Shown one piece after another: positions 1-9,524 of a DNA stretch of 64,000 nucleotides. The stretch's first letter is position 1; the number at the start of each line of letters is the position of its first letter. The notes below the pieces were generated by a model. That model saw only the letters and a program-made list of their open reading frames with translations. It did no database searches and was not told the origin of the DNA. The stretch lies in the sequence record MG976803.1; one strand, written 5' to 3'. The DNA comes from Escherichia phage myPSH2311. A program made the translations under genes and the position numbers.

Positions 1-584
1 ACCGTCGCTCTCTGCTTGATAACCGTCCCGGTGGAGTGGTTGAAATGGAACGTCAGGACGCTATTGACCTGTTCCCATACCATAACCTACCTCAAGGTAT
101 TGACGGCCTCCTAGGCATGTCTGAGGAGCTTAAAGAGACACGTACAGGTGTAACCAAACTAGGCATGGGTATCAACCCTGATGTGTTTAAGAATGATAAC
201 GCTTATGCAACTGTAGGCTTGATGATGAATGCTGCACAGAACCGTCTCCGTATGGTGTGTCGTAACATTGCTCACAACGGTATGGTTGAATTGATGCGTG
301 GTATTTACAACCTTATCAGAGAAAATGGTGAAGTCCCTATCGAGGTACAAACCCCTCGCGGTATGATTCAGGTAAATCCGAAACAATTACCAGCTCGTCA
401 CAATCTCCAAGTTGTTGTAGCTATCTCTCCTAATGAGAAAGCAGAACGTGCACAGAAACTGATTAGCTTGAAACAGCTGATTGCAGCAGATGCACAGTTA
501 GCACCTCTCTTTGGTTTGGAGCAAGACCGTTACATGACTGCACAGATCTTTGAGTTGATGGGTATTAAAGATACACATAAATAA
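1..584 (+). CDS. Portal (head-tail connector) protein, C-terminal part; reading frame is open to the window start
   Basis: Frame 0 has no stop from position 3; sits immediately upstream of scaffold-like and capsid genes; no motif-level confirmation. Confidence 0.4.
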   Translation, partial: RRSLLDNRPGGVVEMERQDAIDLFPYHNLPQGIDGLLGMSEELKETRTGVTKLGMGINPDVFKNDNAYATVGLMMNAAQNRLRMVCRNIAHNGMVELMRGIYNLIRENGEVPIEVQTPRGMIQVNPKQLPARHNLQVVVAISPNEKAERAQKLISLKQLIAADAQLAPLFGLEQDRYMTAQIFELMGIKDTHK

Positions 585-628
585 TTGCCGATTTTCAGGT
601 TGAGAACGTACAGGCTTCTTCTCAGAAG

Positions 629-1033
629 ATGATTGCTGATGCATTCGACCAACGTGAACGTACTACATTCGAACAGCAGAAAGCTGCGGATGAGTTAAGT
701 CTGCGTCAGGAAGAGTTGCAGTTCAAGCAAGAAAATGCAGCAGATGCTATGACTCTGGAAAACCGTAAAGAAGATAACAATGCTACTCTGGAACAAGCTA
801 AGCACAAGTTAGCTCTTATGCAACAGCAGGTCCGTCAGTATGAATCTGTACTGAAAGAATTGCAGATGGTTATGTCTCATCAGGTAGACCAAGAGAAGAT
901 TGTTCAGCAAGCTCGTGTTCAGGACAAAACTTTGGAACTCCAAAAGAAAGAAGCTAATGTAACTAAGAAAGAGCAACAAGCTTCTCTCAAAGATTCACGG
1001 ATTCCAGGCAAACGTCTTGGAAGTAAAAAGTAA
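629..1033 (+). CDS. Coiled-coil Q/E/K-rich protein, possible scaffolding/assembly protein
   Basis: 134 aa, strongly helical low-complexity composition, located between portal and capsid. Confidence 0.35.
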   Translation: MIADAFDQRERTTFEQQKAADELSLRQEELQFKQENAADAMTLENRKEDNNATLEQAKHKLALMQQQVRQYESVLKELQMVMSHQVDQEKIVQQARVQDKTLELQKKEANVTKKEQQASLKDSRIPGKRLGSKK

Positions 1034-1042
1034 GGACGTCGA

Positions 1043-1279
1043 ATGAACATTAGGCATCAATTCAATAAAGAGCACGCCGCCGCTTTGGCGGCTCTCAATC
1101 TTAACGGCAGTCTTGACGCAGCATTAGAGGCATTGAAAGAAAGACTCATGACAGAGATCGTACAAACCGAACCTCATGAGAATAAGAAACGCGAAGATTG
1201 TTATCAAAAGTATAAAATGGTGGGCAGCTTAAAAGAGGTCATAAAAGCTGCTATCAATAGTGCAGGAGATGTTTCATAA
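1043..1279 (+). CDS. Hypothetical protein
   Basis: 78-aa ORF in operon context, TAA stop overlapping next start (ATGA). Confidence 0.3.
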   Translation: MNIRHQFNKEHAAALAALNLNGSLDAALEALKERLMTEIVQTEPHENKKREDCYQKYKMVGSLKEVIKAAINSAGDVS

Positions 1280-2364
1280 TGCCACAAGATAATTATATTG
1301 ACCCGAACGATTTTAAATCTTTCCTCCAACTGGATGACCTAAAAGGTTCTTTCAAAGAAGAACTCGGTCGATTAGAATCTGAACAAGAACCAGAAGTGGA
1401 CATTGACGATGAGTTCCCGGAAAAAGACGGTGACGATTTCGACTTTGATACCGACCTTCTCGGTGAAAGCGATGAGCTTAAGTTCGAAGATGAAGATGGT
1501 TGGGAAGATCGTGAAGAGGAAGGCGAAGTCGAACAAGATGAGGAAGAATTTGATGAATCAGACGAAAACTCTGAAGCAGATGAGGAAGACTCAAGCGATG
1601 CAGGATATGAAGATGATTCTGCTGACGGTGATGGTGAAGTCTTTGATGTAGACTACGAAACCGTTATCACCCTTCCTGATGGACGTGAGATGACTATTGA
1701 AGAACTTTCTAATGGCTATCTTACTGGTGCTGATATGACAGAGCGAGAATCAACTCTTCAGCGTCATATGGAAGCATTTGAGGAACGTGTAGTAGGTTTG
1801 AAGGATGTATTAGAATTAGCGTCTTTAGAAGCAGACCGAGTAATTGAAGATTATAACGGTTTTGATTGGGACAAGCTTGCAGTAGAAGATCCTCAAGCGT
1901 ATGTTGAAAACAAACGTTTCCTAGAGAAGTACACAGCTCGCCGTCAACAGCTTGAACAGGCTCAGGTCCGTATTAAGCAGGAAGCAGCAGCTAAAGAGCA
2001 GGAAGCTTTCCAAGCCAAGAGCATTGAATGTGTTAATATTCTGAAACGTGAGATTCCAAATTGGGATGAAAACTTATATCAAAACTTAATGCAATACGCA
2101 ATTGACTTAGGTGCTACTGAAGAAGAAGTATTGAAGGAAAACCGTCCGTCTATTTTCCTAGCTCTCCATAAAGCATACCAATTTGATAAAGGTAAGCAAC
2201 AGGTGATGGCTAAGATTAAACGTCCCGGTGCTCCACGCAAGGTTGTGAAGTCTGATGCTGCAAAGTCTCGTACTTCCAATAAGCCCGACAACGCTAAGGT
2301 TGCCAAGGCATTCGCAGAGGGTCGCGTTAGTCACGAAGACGCATTCAAATTCCTCGTAGATTAA
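1279..2364 (+). CDS. Highly acidic protein (D/E-rich N-terminal half, helical C-terminal half), scaffolding-like
   Basis: 361 aa; residues ~35-110 almost entirely D/E; position upstream of capsid. Confidence 0.4.
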   Translation: MPQDNYIDPNDFKSFLQLDDLKGSFKEELGRLESEQEPEVDIDDEFPEKDGDDFDFDTDLLGESDELKFEDEDGWEDREEEGEVEQDEEEFDESDENSEADEEDSSDAGYEDDSADGDGEVFDVDYETVITLPDGREMTIEELSNGYLTGADMTERESTLQRHMEAFEERVVGLKDVLELASLEADRVIEDYNGFDWDKLAVEDPQAYVENKRFLEKYTARRQQLEQAQVRIKQEAAAKEQEAFQAKSIECVNILKREIPNWDENLYQNLMQYAIDLGATEEEVLKENRPSIFLALHKAYQFDKGKQQVMAKIKRPGAPRKVVKSDAAKSRTSNKPDNAKVAKAFAEGRVSHEDAFKFLVD

Positions 2365-2405
2365 TCGACAAATTAAATTATTAATAGTATAGGAGCTAAC
2401 ATAAC

Positions 2406-3353
2406 ATGGCTAATCCAACTTTATTTGTATCGTATGACCAGAATGGTAAAAAACTTTCTTTTGCTAACTGGATTTCTGTTCTGTCCCCTCAGGATACCCC
2501 GTTCGTATCTATGACCGGTAAAGAGTCTATCAACCAGACTATCTTTAGCTGGCAGACCGATGCACTGGCAAGCGTTGACAGTAATAACGCACACGTCGAA
2601 GGCTCTCGTGCTGAAGACGGCGAAATGAAACCGACTGTTATCAAATCTAACGTTAATGGTCCTTTGGACGTGGTAACTGATTGCAGTGTCAAGTCTTGGC
2701 ATATGTCCATGTCCATGGCATTAAGCTATAAAGGCGCTTAGACATGCGTATTGCGTCTGAATGACACCCATGCAGCTCGTAAGACTGGTGCATTCCAGTT
2801 CCTGTGTGCTCACGGTGGTCTGGCTGGTGGCGTTGTTGACAAGACCAAGAATGGTCCTGCTGACCCGGACACTGGTGCAGTAACTGTTAAAGTTGCACAG
2901 AATGCTTCTAACCCGACCACTAACATTGGTTTCGACGAAGCTGATATCTTTGATATGACTCTGCAACTGTATACCGCTGGTTCTGAAGCAGATATCATCA
3001 TGATTAACCCGGCTCATGCTAAGATCTTTGCTGGTCTGCAAGAAAATACTCAGGGTTCACGTAAGCGTATCTTTGAGAACACCAAGCAGTTCATCTACGA
3101 AGTTAACAGCATCACTGACCCGCTGGGCCAGAGCTACAAAATCATCGTTAACCGTTGGATGCCTACCGATGCAGTTTACTTCTTCCGTAGCGCTGACTGG
3201 ACCCAGATGGTTCTACGTGCTCCGAAACGTACTGAACTGGCTAAAGACGGTTCTTACGAGAAGTGGATGATTGAAATGGAAGTTGGTCTGCGTCACCGCA
3301 ACCCGTATGCTTCCGGCGTTCTGTTCACTGCTGCGGGAAAGGTGGCGGCGTAA
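2406..3353 (+). CDS. Major capsid protein, interrupted by an in-frame TAG at 2739-2741
   Basis: ORFs 2406-2741 and 2751-3353 are in the same frame separated only by TAG; strong optimal-codon bias; RBS-like AGGAG upstream of 2406; terminator downstream. Confidence 0.6.
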
Positions 3354-3877
3354 CAGTAGACAGTGTGACTGTTAGCCCTGCGTCTTTAGCAAGCCTAGAG
3401 ACAGGGGCTACTCGGCAGTTCACTGCAAGCGCGGAGAAAAGTGATGGTTCTACCGAAACAACTGGCTTTACTTGGTCAGTGACAGGAGGTGGTTCTATCA
3501 CTCAGTCGGGTTTGTATACTGCCCCGAGTGCGTCTCAATCCACTGATGTATCCATTACTGCAACTTTAGAAGGTGTTTCTGGTACAGCAACCATTTCTGA
3601 AATTGTTGCTCCTACTCCTACTATTGTGAGTCGTGGGCCAATTACAGGTAAAGTAGGTGGTACTACCACTAACTTCAACACCATGTTTACTGTAACTAAT
3701 TCTATTGCTGATGATTACACACTTGTTGTAACTCCCGCAGAAGCTGGTACAATAAGCGCTAATAATTCGTTAAAATTAGATGCTGCTGCAAGTGGCGAAG
3801 TTACTGTTCAAGCAAGTTTGACAGCTGACCCGTCCATCAATGCAACATGCACTTTTACTGGTGTAACACCTGCTTAA
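3275..3877 (+). CDS. Ig-like (Big_2-type) domain ORF in -1 frame; probable C-terminal extension of capsid (long form) or decoration protein
   Basis: Translation has Big_2-like pattern (ATRQFTASAEK...TWSVTGGGSITQSGLYTAPSASQSTDVSITATLEGVSG); only start is GTG at 3365; overlaps capsid 3' end. Confidence 0.5.
   Translation, partial: NGSWSASPQPVCFRRSVHCCGKGGGVTVDSVTVSPASLASLETGATRQFTASAEKSDGSTETTGFTWSVTGGGSITQSGLYTAPSASQSTDVSITATLEGVSGTATISEIVAPTPTIVSRGPITGKVGGTTTNFNTMFTVTNSIADDYTLVVTPAEAGTISANNSLKLDAAASGEVTVQASLTADPSINATCTFTGVTPA
3335..3341 (+). other. Candidate programmed -1 ribosomal frameshift slippery heptamer G_GGA_AAG near capsid 3' end
   Basis: GGGAAAG in X_XXY_YYZ register relative to capsid frame, 10 nt before capsid TAA; -1 frame is open from 3275 into Ig-like ORF. 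Confidence 0.5.
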
Positions 3878-3884
3878 AAACTAG

Positions 3885-3912
3885 ACCCTGCCTTCGGGCG
3901 GGGTTTTTTTCG
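3885..3912 (+). terminator. Rho-independent terminator after capsid module
   Basis: ACCCTGCC-TTCG-GGCGGGGT stem-loop followed by T7 run. Confidence 0.7.
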
Positions 3913-3980
3913 TTTTAAGACCTATACAAGCTAGTGTGTAATGTATATTCTTTGTCTACATACAACAAGGAGGACAACCT

Positions 3981-4733
3981 ATGGCGATGCCAGATGTGGC
4001 CTATCCGATTAACACGTATGGCTGGCTTAAGAAAGCTGTTGCCTTGTGGGCCGATCGGGACGATGACGAATTTGTTAATCAAATTCCAAACTTTATTAAC
4101 TTTGCAGAGAAAGAGGTTTATCGTAACTTACGTATTCCTCCTCTGGAAAAAGAAGTGTATTTAGATATTAAAGATGGAGTGGCTTATATTCCTCCTGATT
4201 ACTTAGAAGCTCAATGGATGATGAGATCCAAAGATGGTACAATCTTCCAAGTAACATCTCCTGAGGAGATAAGCTATCGGAGACAGCACGGGGCTATTAA
4301 CTCTTCACATTGGAATAACCAACCTGTTAATTTTGCACGGTTTGGAGCACGTTTCTTATTCTATCCTAGAATAAATGCAGATGTTCCGCATTACCCTGAT
4401 GATGGTAGTCCGATTGTTCCAGCGGAGAGTTCGGTAATCTTGAGTTATTATGCAGATCCTCCAGAATTTCACGAAGATGGTGATACAAGTGCGATTCTTA
4501 CCATTGCACCAGAGCTTCTTTTATATTTTACTCTGAGGCATGCATGTTTATTTGTTCAAGATGATAATGGGGTTCAAAAGTGGTCTGCTTTAGGTAAGGC
4601 TATTCTTGACGAGCTAGTAGAACAGAATAAGAAACAAGAGTACTCAGGTTCACCTATTGCAATTCCGAATAACATGACTCGACTTCAGAGCAGCCTGCCT
4701 GATATTTATGGTATTCGTACTTCTCGTCTATAA
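3981..4733 (+). CDS. Virion structural protein (possible head-tail adaptor or tail protein)
   Basis: 250-aa ORF with AAGGAGGA RBS; position between capsid and tail fibre. Confidence 0.35.
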   Translation: MAMPDVAYPINTYGWLKKAVALWADRDDDEFVNQIPNFINFAEKEVYRNLRIPPLEKEVYLDIKDGVAYIPPDYLEAQWMMRSKDGTIFQVTSPEEISYRRQHGAINSSHWNNQPVNFARFGARFLFYPRINADVPHYPDDGSPIVPAESSVILSYYADPPEFHEDGDTSAILTIAPELLLYFTLRHACLFVQDDNGVQKWSALGKAILDELVEQNKKQEYSGSPIAIPNNMTRLQSSLPDIYGIRTSRL

Positions 4734-4742
4734 GGAGATAAT

Positions 4743-7733
4743 ATGATCGTTTATAACAACCAAGCACCTAAGAATGTTAACAATGTAGGACAATTTGGAG
4801 CTACTGAGGGAACTATTGGTGCTTATAAATCAGCAGCTGAATATGCAGCAGACTCTAAATATTGGGCATTGTTGTCCCAAACTAAATACTCCTCAGTAGA
4901 GGAGATTTTGGCTGAAGTAGAACGTCTGTATGCTCAAGGTCATCTACTGGAAGAAGACATTAAACAACTCAAGAGTGACTTTGAGTCACAAGAACAAGTG
5001 CTCTTAGGTTTGATTCAATCCACAGGAACTGCAATTGACAACACCAATGCAGCAACTGAGCTTTCAAAAGAGGCAACTCAAAACGTTCTAGCACAACTTG
5101 ACATTATCTCTAACATGACAGTTCAAACAACGCTTCTTCCTCCGGGAAGCCTAGCTACGGGGTCTTATGATAATGCAACAGGTGTCTTTGCTTTTGGTAT
5201 TCCAGAAGGTAAACCGGGGCGTGATGGTACTGACGGAACAATCGGTGATATTGGAAGCGTTCCTGTTGGTACCCCTGTTGTTGATGACTATGGTTTCTAT
5301 GTAGATAAAGATGATGGTGGTTTATACCGAGCTGACATGTCAGATATTGCCAACTTGATTCCATCTGTTCGATCTGTTTCAATCAATGGCGGCGCTGAAC
5401 AAACAGGTTCAGTGGTTTTTGATTCTGTCTCCACATTCAATGGACGTAAGGGTGCTGTAGTTCCTGCTACTGGAGACTACACAGCTGCTCAAGTGGGAGC
5501 TTTTAGTGTAACTAATAACCTATCCGAAATAACCGACACAAGTGCAGCTATTACAAATATTGGACTCGCTGAGCATGGGATTGGTAGCCCTACCTTAACC
5601 AAAGTGAAGGCTATGGACTGGCAAACATTTAATTTTGTCAATGGAGGTAACTATTCAGTATTAATGTCGAATATTACAAATGCCCCTGCTGAGATAAATT
5701 ATCCTGCCAATTATGGGTTATATCTTGAAGTCATTGGCGTAGTTACAGGAGGAGGTGAGGTACGAGTGGTGCCAATTGCATTGGGAATCCTCTCAATGGC
5801 ATATTTTCCGCTTGGCCAATGCGCTTATGCCGTGGCAAATGTGCCACAACTGCTGCATTGTGTGTAGCATCGCCAGCTTAGCGCTGCATCAATTGTACCT
5901 ATTACCAAAGGTGGTACAGGAGCTACTTCATCAGAGAATGCTCGACTAGCTCTAGTTGCAGCTAAGAGTGGTGATAACTCTGATATCACCTCGATGACCA
6001 ACAAGGTTACTTTCACACAATCTCCAGTAATTCCTGATGCTGTAGATGATAATGACGCGGTTGCTTTGAGACAGTTGCATACAAGTGAAGCAGATTTGCT
6101 GGCAAGGCTGAAAAGTAGTAATGCAGGTGAAGGTGCATCCCTTATTACCTTTGAAAATGGTAATTCTGTTGAGAGTCTTTCCAGTAAAGATGGGGCTAAA
6201 AACATTGGCAGTGGTGAGAGAAGTTTGCTTGTCCGTAACAACGACATTAAGCATTCAGGAGATTTCCCTACCTTACAAGCTGCGGTAAATGCATCGTTAC
6301 CAAAAAACGACTTAATTGTTTCCCCCGGTGAATACAGTGAAGCGATTACTATTGGTAGTACACAGTTAAAGGGTGTTGGTGGAGCCACGGTACTGAAAGC
6401 TCCGTCAAACTTTACAGACACTATTCAGGTTAAGGCATCTACGCCTCATTGGCAATTCCGCCATAGTGGTGGTTTTGCTATAGATGGTTCTGGGACAACC
6501 GGGGCTGTAGGTATTAGTTTTGACCCGACCGACCAATATGCTGGTCGTCACAACTTTAGTGACGTATACATCCATAACATTAACAAGGCCATTCAGAAAC
6601 CTTCCGGGAATATAGGTAATACATGGAAAGGCATTGGCGTGCAAGGTTGTGACTGGGGTTACTGGGCACAGTCTGCTTCTGAGATGCACTTAGGCTCTGA
6701 CACCCTTCAGAACATGCACTTTGATGGTATTAGCACTTACTGTGTTTACTTGAACGCTACAACAGGAGAAGCGCCTGGTACATTCGGAGGTGGTGTAGGC
6801 GGCTGGTGGATTAAAGATAGTATTATGGAAGCCTCTGGCGGTGGTGGTATTTACCTCAAGAACAAGGATGGTGACTGCCCTACTGCCCCATGTGGTGTAT
6901 CCAATGTATGGATGGAAGCTATCGCTACTACTCCAGCTATTAATGTAGATGGTGTATCTCAGAAGCCTCGTGTCCTTAAACTTATTGATACCAGTATCTT
7001 CTTTGCAGAGTACACATACCTTAATAACGTAGAGCTTCAGAACTCCAACCTTGTTACTTATGGCTGCCGAGTAGATAATTCAGATGGCCACATGGATATC
7101 TCTGTAGATGCCAACAGCAGTTTTGTGGCTGATCAATTGTACCTGAATGGTAGCTCCGGCAAAGATGTAATGGTACGTTCTGTAGCGGCTCAGACAGGCA
7201 AGATTGGGCAAAGCTGGTCACCTAATATGAGTATGCGTGGATACCTGCCGGAAGGATACATCTATCGTGTACCTGGTAATAAGCTGGTAGCTAAACCCTT
7301 CGATGGAGGTACTGCTGAATTTAGTGGTACGGCAAGCAGCACTGGGAGTTTGCAGCCACAAGGCCAGTTATCTCAGAGCTGCATGTACTTCGAAATCCCT
7401 GGTGCTGCTGAGTATGAGCTTACTGGTGCTGCATTTCAGATAACTTCCGGTAACTGGTATGTATGGGGCATTAGCACTGAACTGGTACAGGGAACCCCTA
7501 CAAACTTCCGCATCGGTGGAGATATCAATGTAGGTGAAGTATTTACTAAGGGGGGCCAGTGGGTGAGTACCTTTGGTGTAGCTCAGGCTAGTGCTTCCGG
7601 TTCAGTGAACCTGCGCCTAAGTACAGCCGGTACAGGCGGAGTAGTCCTACGCCTCGCTGATTACTTCGTAGCGGAGTTCACTACTCAGGCAGAGGCTATG
7701 CGCTTCGCTAATAGTAGACGTGCCCTGCGTTAA
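4743..7733 (+). CDS. Tail fibre/tailspike protein with in-frame TAG at 5865-5867; C-terminal part resembles a beta-helix depolymerase domain
   Basis: ORFs 4743-5867 and 5994-7733 share one frame; between TAG and first ATG there is no stop and no ATG/GTG/TTG, yet it encodes a tail-fibre-like PITKGGTGATSSENARLAL motif. Confidence 0.5.
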
Positions 7734-7757
7734 GAGTAATGACATTACTATAAGCAA

Positions 7758-7777
7758 AACCCCGCTTAGGCGGGGTT
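7758..7777 (+). terminator. Hairpin after tail fibre gene (weak terminator candidate)
   Basis: AACCCCGC-TTAG-GCGGGGTT stem-loop; no clean T-tract. Confidence 0.3.
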
Positions 7778-7959
7778 AGCTTCCATAGGGTAGTTGTTTT
7801 CCCTGATGTAGTGGAATTTATCGGAGACAATGAGCTGGCTGCTTTGTTGCATTCTGATAAATAGTTCATAACTCCCCTTCGAGGTCTTTAGTAGTAAGTA
7901 CCTTTAGTAAGTAATGAAACTAATATATCCCAAGAGGTTAATACATAGGAGACAGATAA

Positions 7960-8178
7960 ATGAAAATGATGAAACAAGCTGCATATGGTTTAATATGCTT
8001 AGGCGCAGGTGTTGTGGTATCCACCGCAGTTCCTGTAGGCGCAGTTCATCCATTAGTTACAGCACCTTCTCCAGTAGAGAAGCTTAGCTCTCAATGTAAA
8101 CAGAGAACAATTCAAAATAACCTAGTTGTTATTTGTCCTGATGCTGAATCTAACGCTCTGAGAAAGATACTACCTTAA
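7960..8178 (+). CDS. Small membrane protein, possible holin
   Basis: 72 aa, N-terminal hydrophobic segment (AAYGLICLGAGVVVSTAVPV), immediately upstream of lysozyme. Confidence 0.3.
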   Translation: MKMMKQAAYGLICLGAGVVVSTAVPVGAVHPLVTAPSPVEKLSSQCKQRTIQNNLVVICPDAESNALRKILP

Positions 8179-8207
8179 TTTAAAGGGACCACAAAAGGAG
8201 GTTAGAA

Positions 8208-8699
8208 ATGGATAACGCCGCATTGCCACCTGTACAATTAAACTTAAGCCCAGCTGGAATGGAATTCATTATGAAGCATGAAGGTATGAGAACCAAGGCT
8301 TATAAAGATTCCGCAGGCATCTGGACGATATGTGTAGGGGCTACGCGCGATATGAATGGTTATCCGGTTAGACAAGGATTAACGTATTCTATAGAGGATT
8401 GTCTAGCTCTGCTAGATAGAGACACACAAGACTCTGTTCGTGCTACTCAGAAGAACATAAAAGTTCCTTTACTAGTTCATGAGTTTGATGCACTCACTTC
8501 TTTCAATTTTAATGTTGGAAGTGGTGCTTTGAGCACATCTAAGTTAAGGAAGGTTATCAATGGAGATGTTAAAGGGGATATTTATTCCGAATTTCTTCGT
8601 TGGGATAAGATAACGGTCAAGGGAGTGAAGCAGAGAAGTCAGGGTCTTCATAACAGAAGGGTTGCAGAAGCTGATCTTTATACCGAAGGTAAATATTAA
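8208..8699 (+). CDS. Lysozyme/endolysin (glycoside hydrolase family 24, T4/lambda-R type)
   Basis: HEGMRTKAYKDSAGIWTICVGAT catalytic-region signature; AAGGAGG RBS. Confidence 0.8.
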   Translation: MDNAALPPVQLNLSPAGMEFIMKHEGMRTKAYKDSAGIWTICVGATRDMNGYPVRQGLTYSIEDCLALLDRDTQDSVRATQKNIKVPLLVHEFDALTSFNFNVGSGALSTSKLRKVINGDVKGDIYSEFLRWDKITVKGVKQRSQGLHNRRVAEADLYTEGKY

Positions 8700-8711
8700 T
8701 GGAGGTGCCTC

Positions 8712-9515
8712 TTGGCTATTGAAACTAATGCGGTAGTAGTTACCGACTTAAACCCACTCTATCCTCGTGATAGAGATTATATCTATGAAGGTGCAGCCCA
8801 GCTGCGCCTAGTTAAGCAAGTATTACAGAACACATTCCCCAACTTAACTGAGCCTATGACTGTAAACTCTGACACACTAGCTGCTATCTCTGACAAGATC
8901 TCTTTTGCTGGTGACTATATGGATGTTGGTGGTTTGATGATTAAGAATGGTACAGCAGGTACTGGTAATAACGACTTTACCACCAAAGCCCAAATGGAAT
9001 CTTTTATGCTCAACTGGATGCAGAATAAGATTTACAGGGTTGGGTCTTATTACATCACTGAGGAAGATATTAACCCGGGAGATTCTACATCTTTAGGGTT
9101 TGGTATCTGGACACAAGTTACTGGTGTTATCATGGGTGCTGGGGTTGTGAACCCTGATGGGACAGTCCCTAATGCTCAGCGTGTGGAGTTTACTGCTGGT
9201 GCTACAGGTGGTCGTGTTTACAACACAGTTAAGACAGAGAACCTGCCATTGACTACAATCTCTGGTTCAAGTTTTTCTCTTTCTAACTATACACACTCAC
9301 ACACTACATCATTTGGACGTGGAGATGCAAGTGGACATAACAGCTCACCTAACTGGTATAATCCGGGGGTTAGTTATTCTGTTGCATCAAGTTCTGATAC
9401 TCACACCCACACCATTACAGGTGATGCAACATTTGGCTATGATGATGTATCTCGTCAACCTATAAATACGTTACCACCCTTCCGTGCAGCATATATCTGG
9501 AGACGTATCAGTTAA
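8712..9515 (+). CDS. Tail fibre-like structural protein
   Basis: 267 aa, G/T/S-rich C-terminus with HxH repeats; structural operon context. Confidence 0.35.
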   Translation: MAIETNAVVVTDLNPLYPRDRDYIYEGAAQLRLVKQVLQNTFPNLTEPMTVNSDTLAAISDKISFAGDYMDVGGLMIKNGTAGTGNNDFTTKAQMESFMLNWMQNKIYRVGSYYITEEDINPGDSTSLGFGIWTQVTGVIMGAGVVNPDGTVPNAQRVEFTAGATGGRVYNTVKTENLPLTTISGSSFSLSNYTHSHTTSFGRGDASGHNSSPNWYNPGVSYSVASSSDTHTHTITGDATFGYDDVSRQPINTLPPFRAAYIWRRIS

Positions 9516-9524
9516 GGAGGAAGT

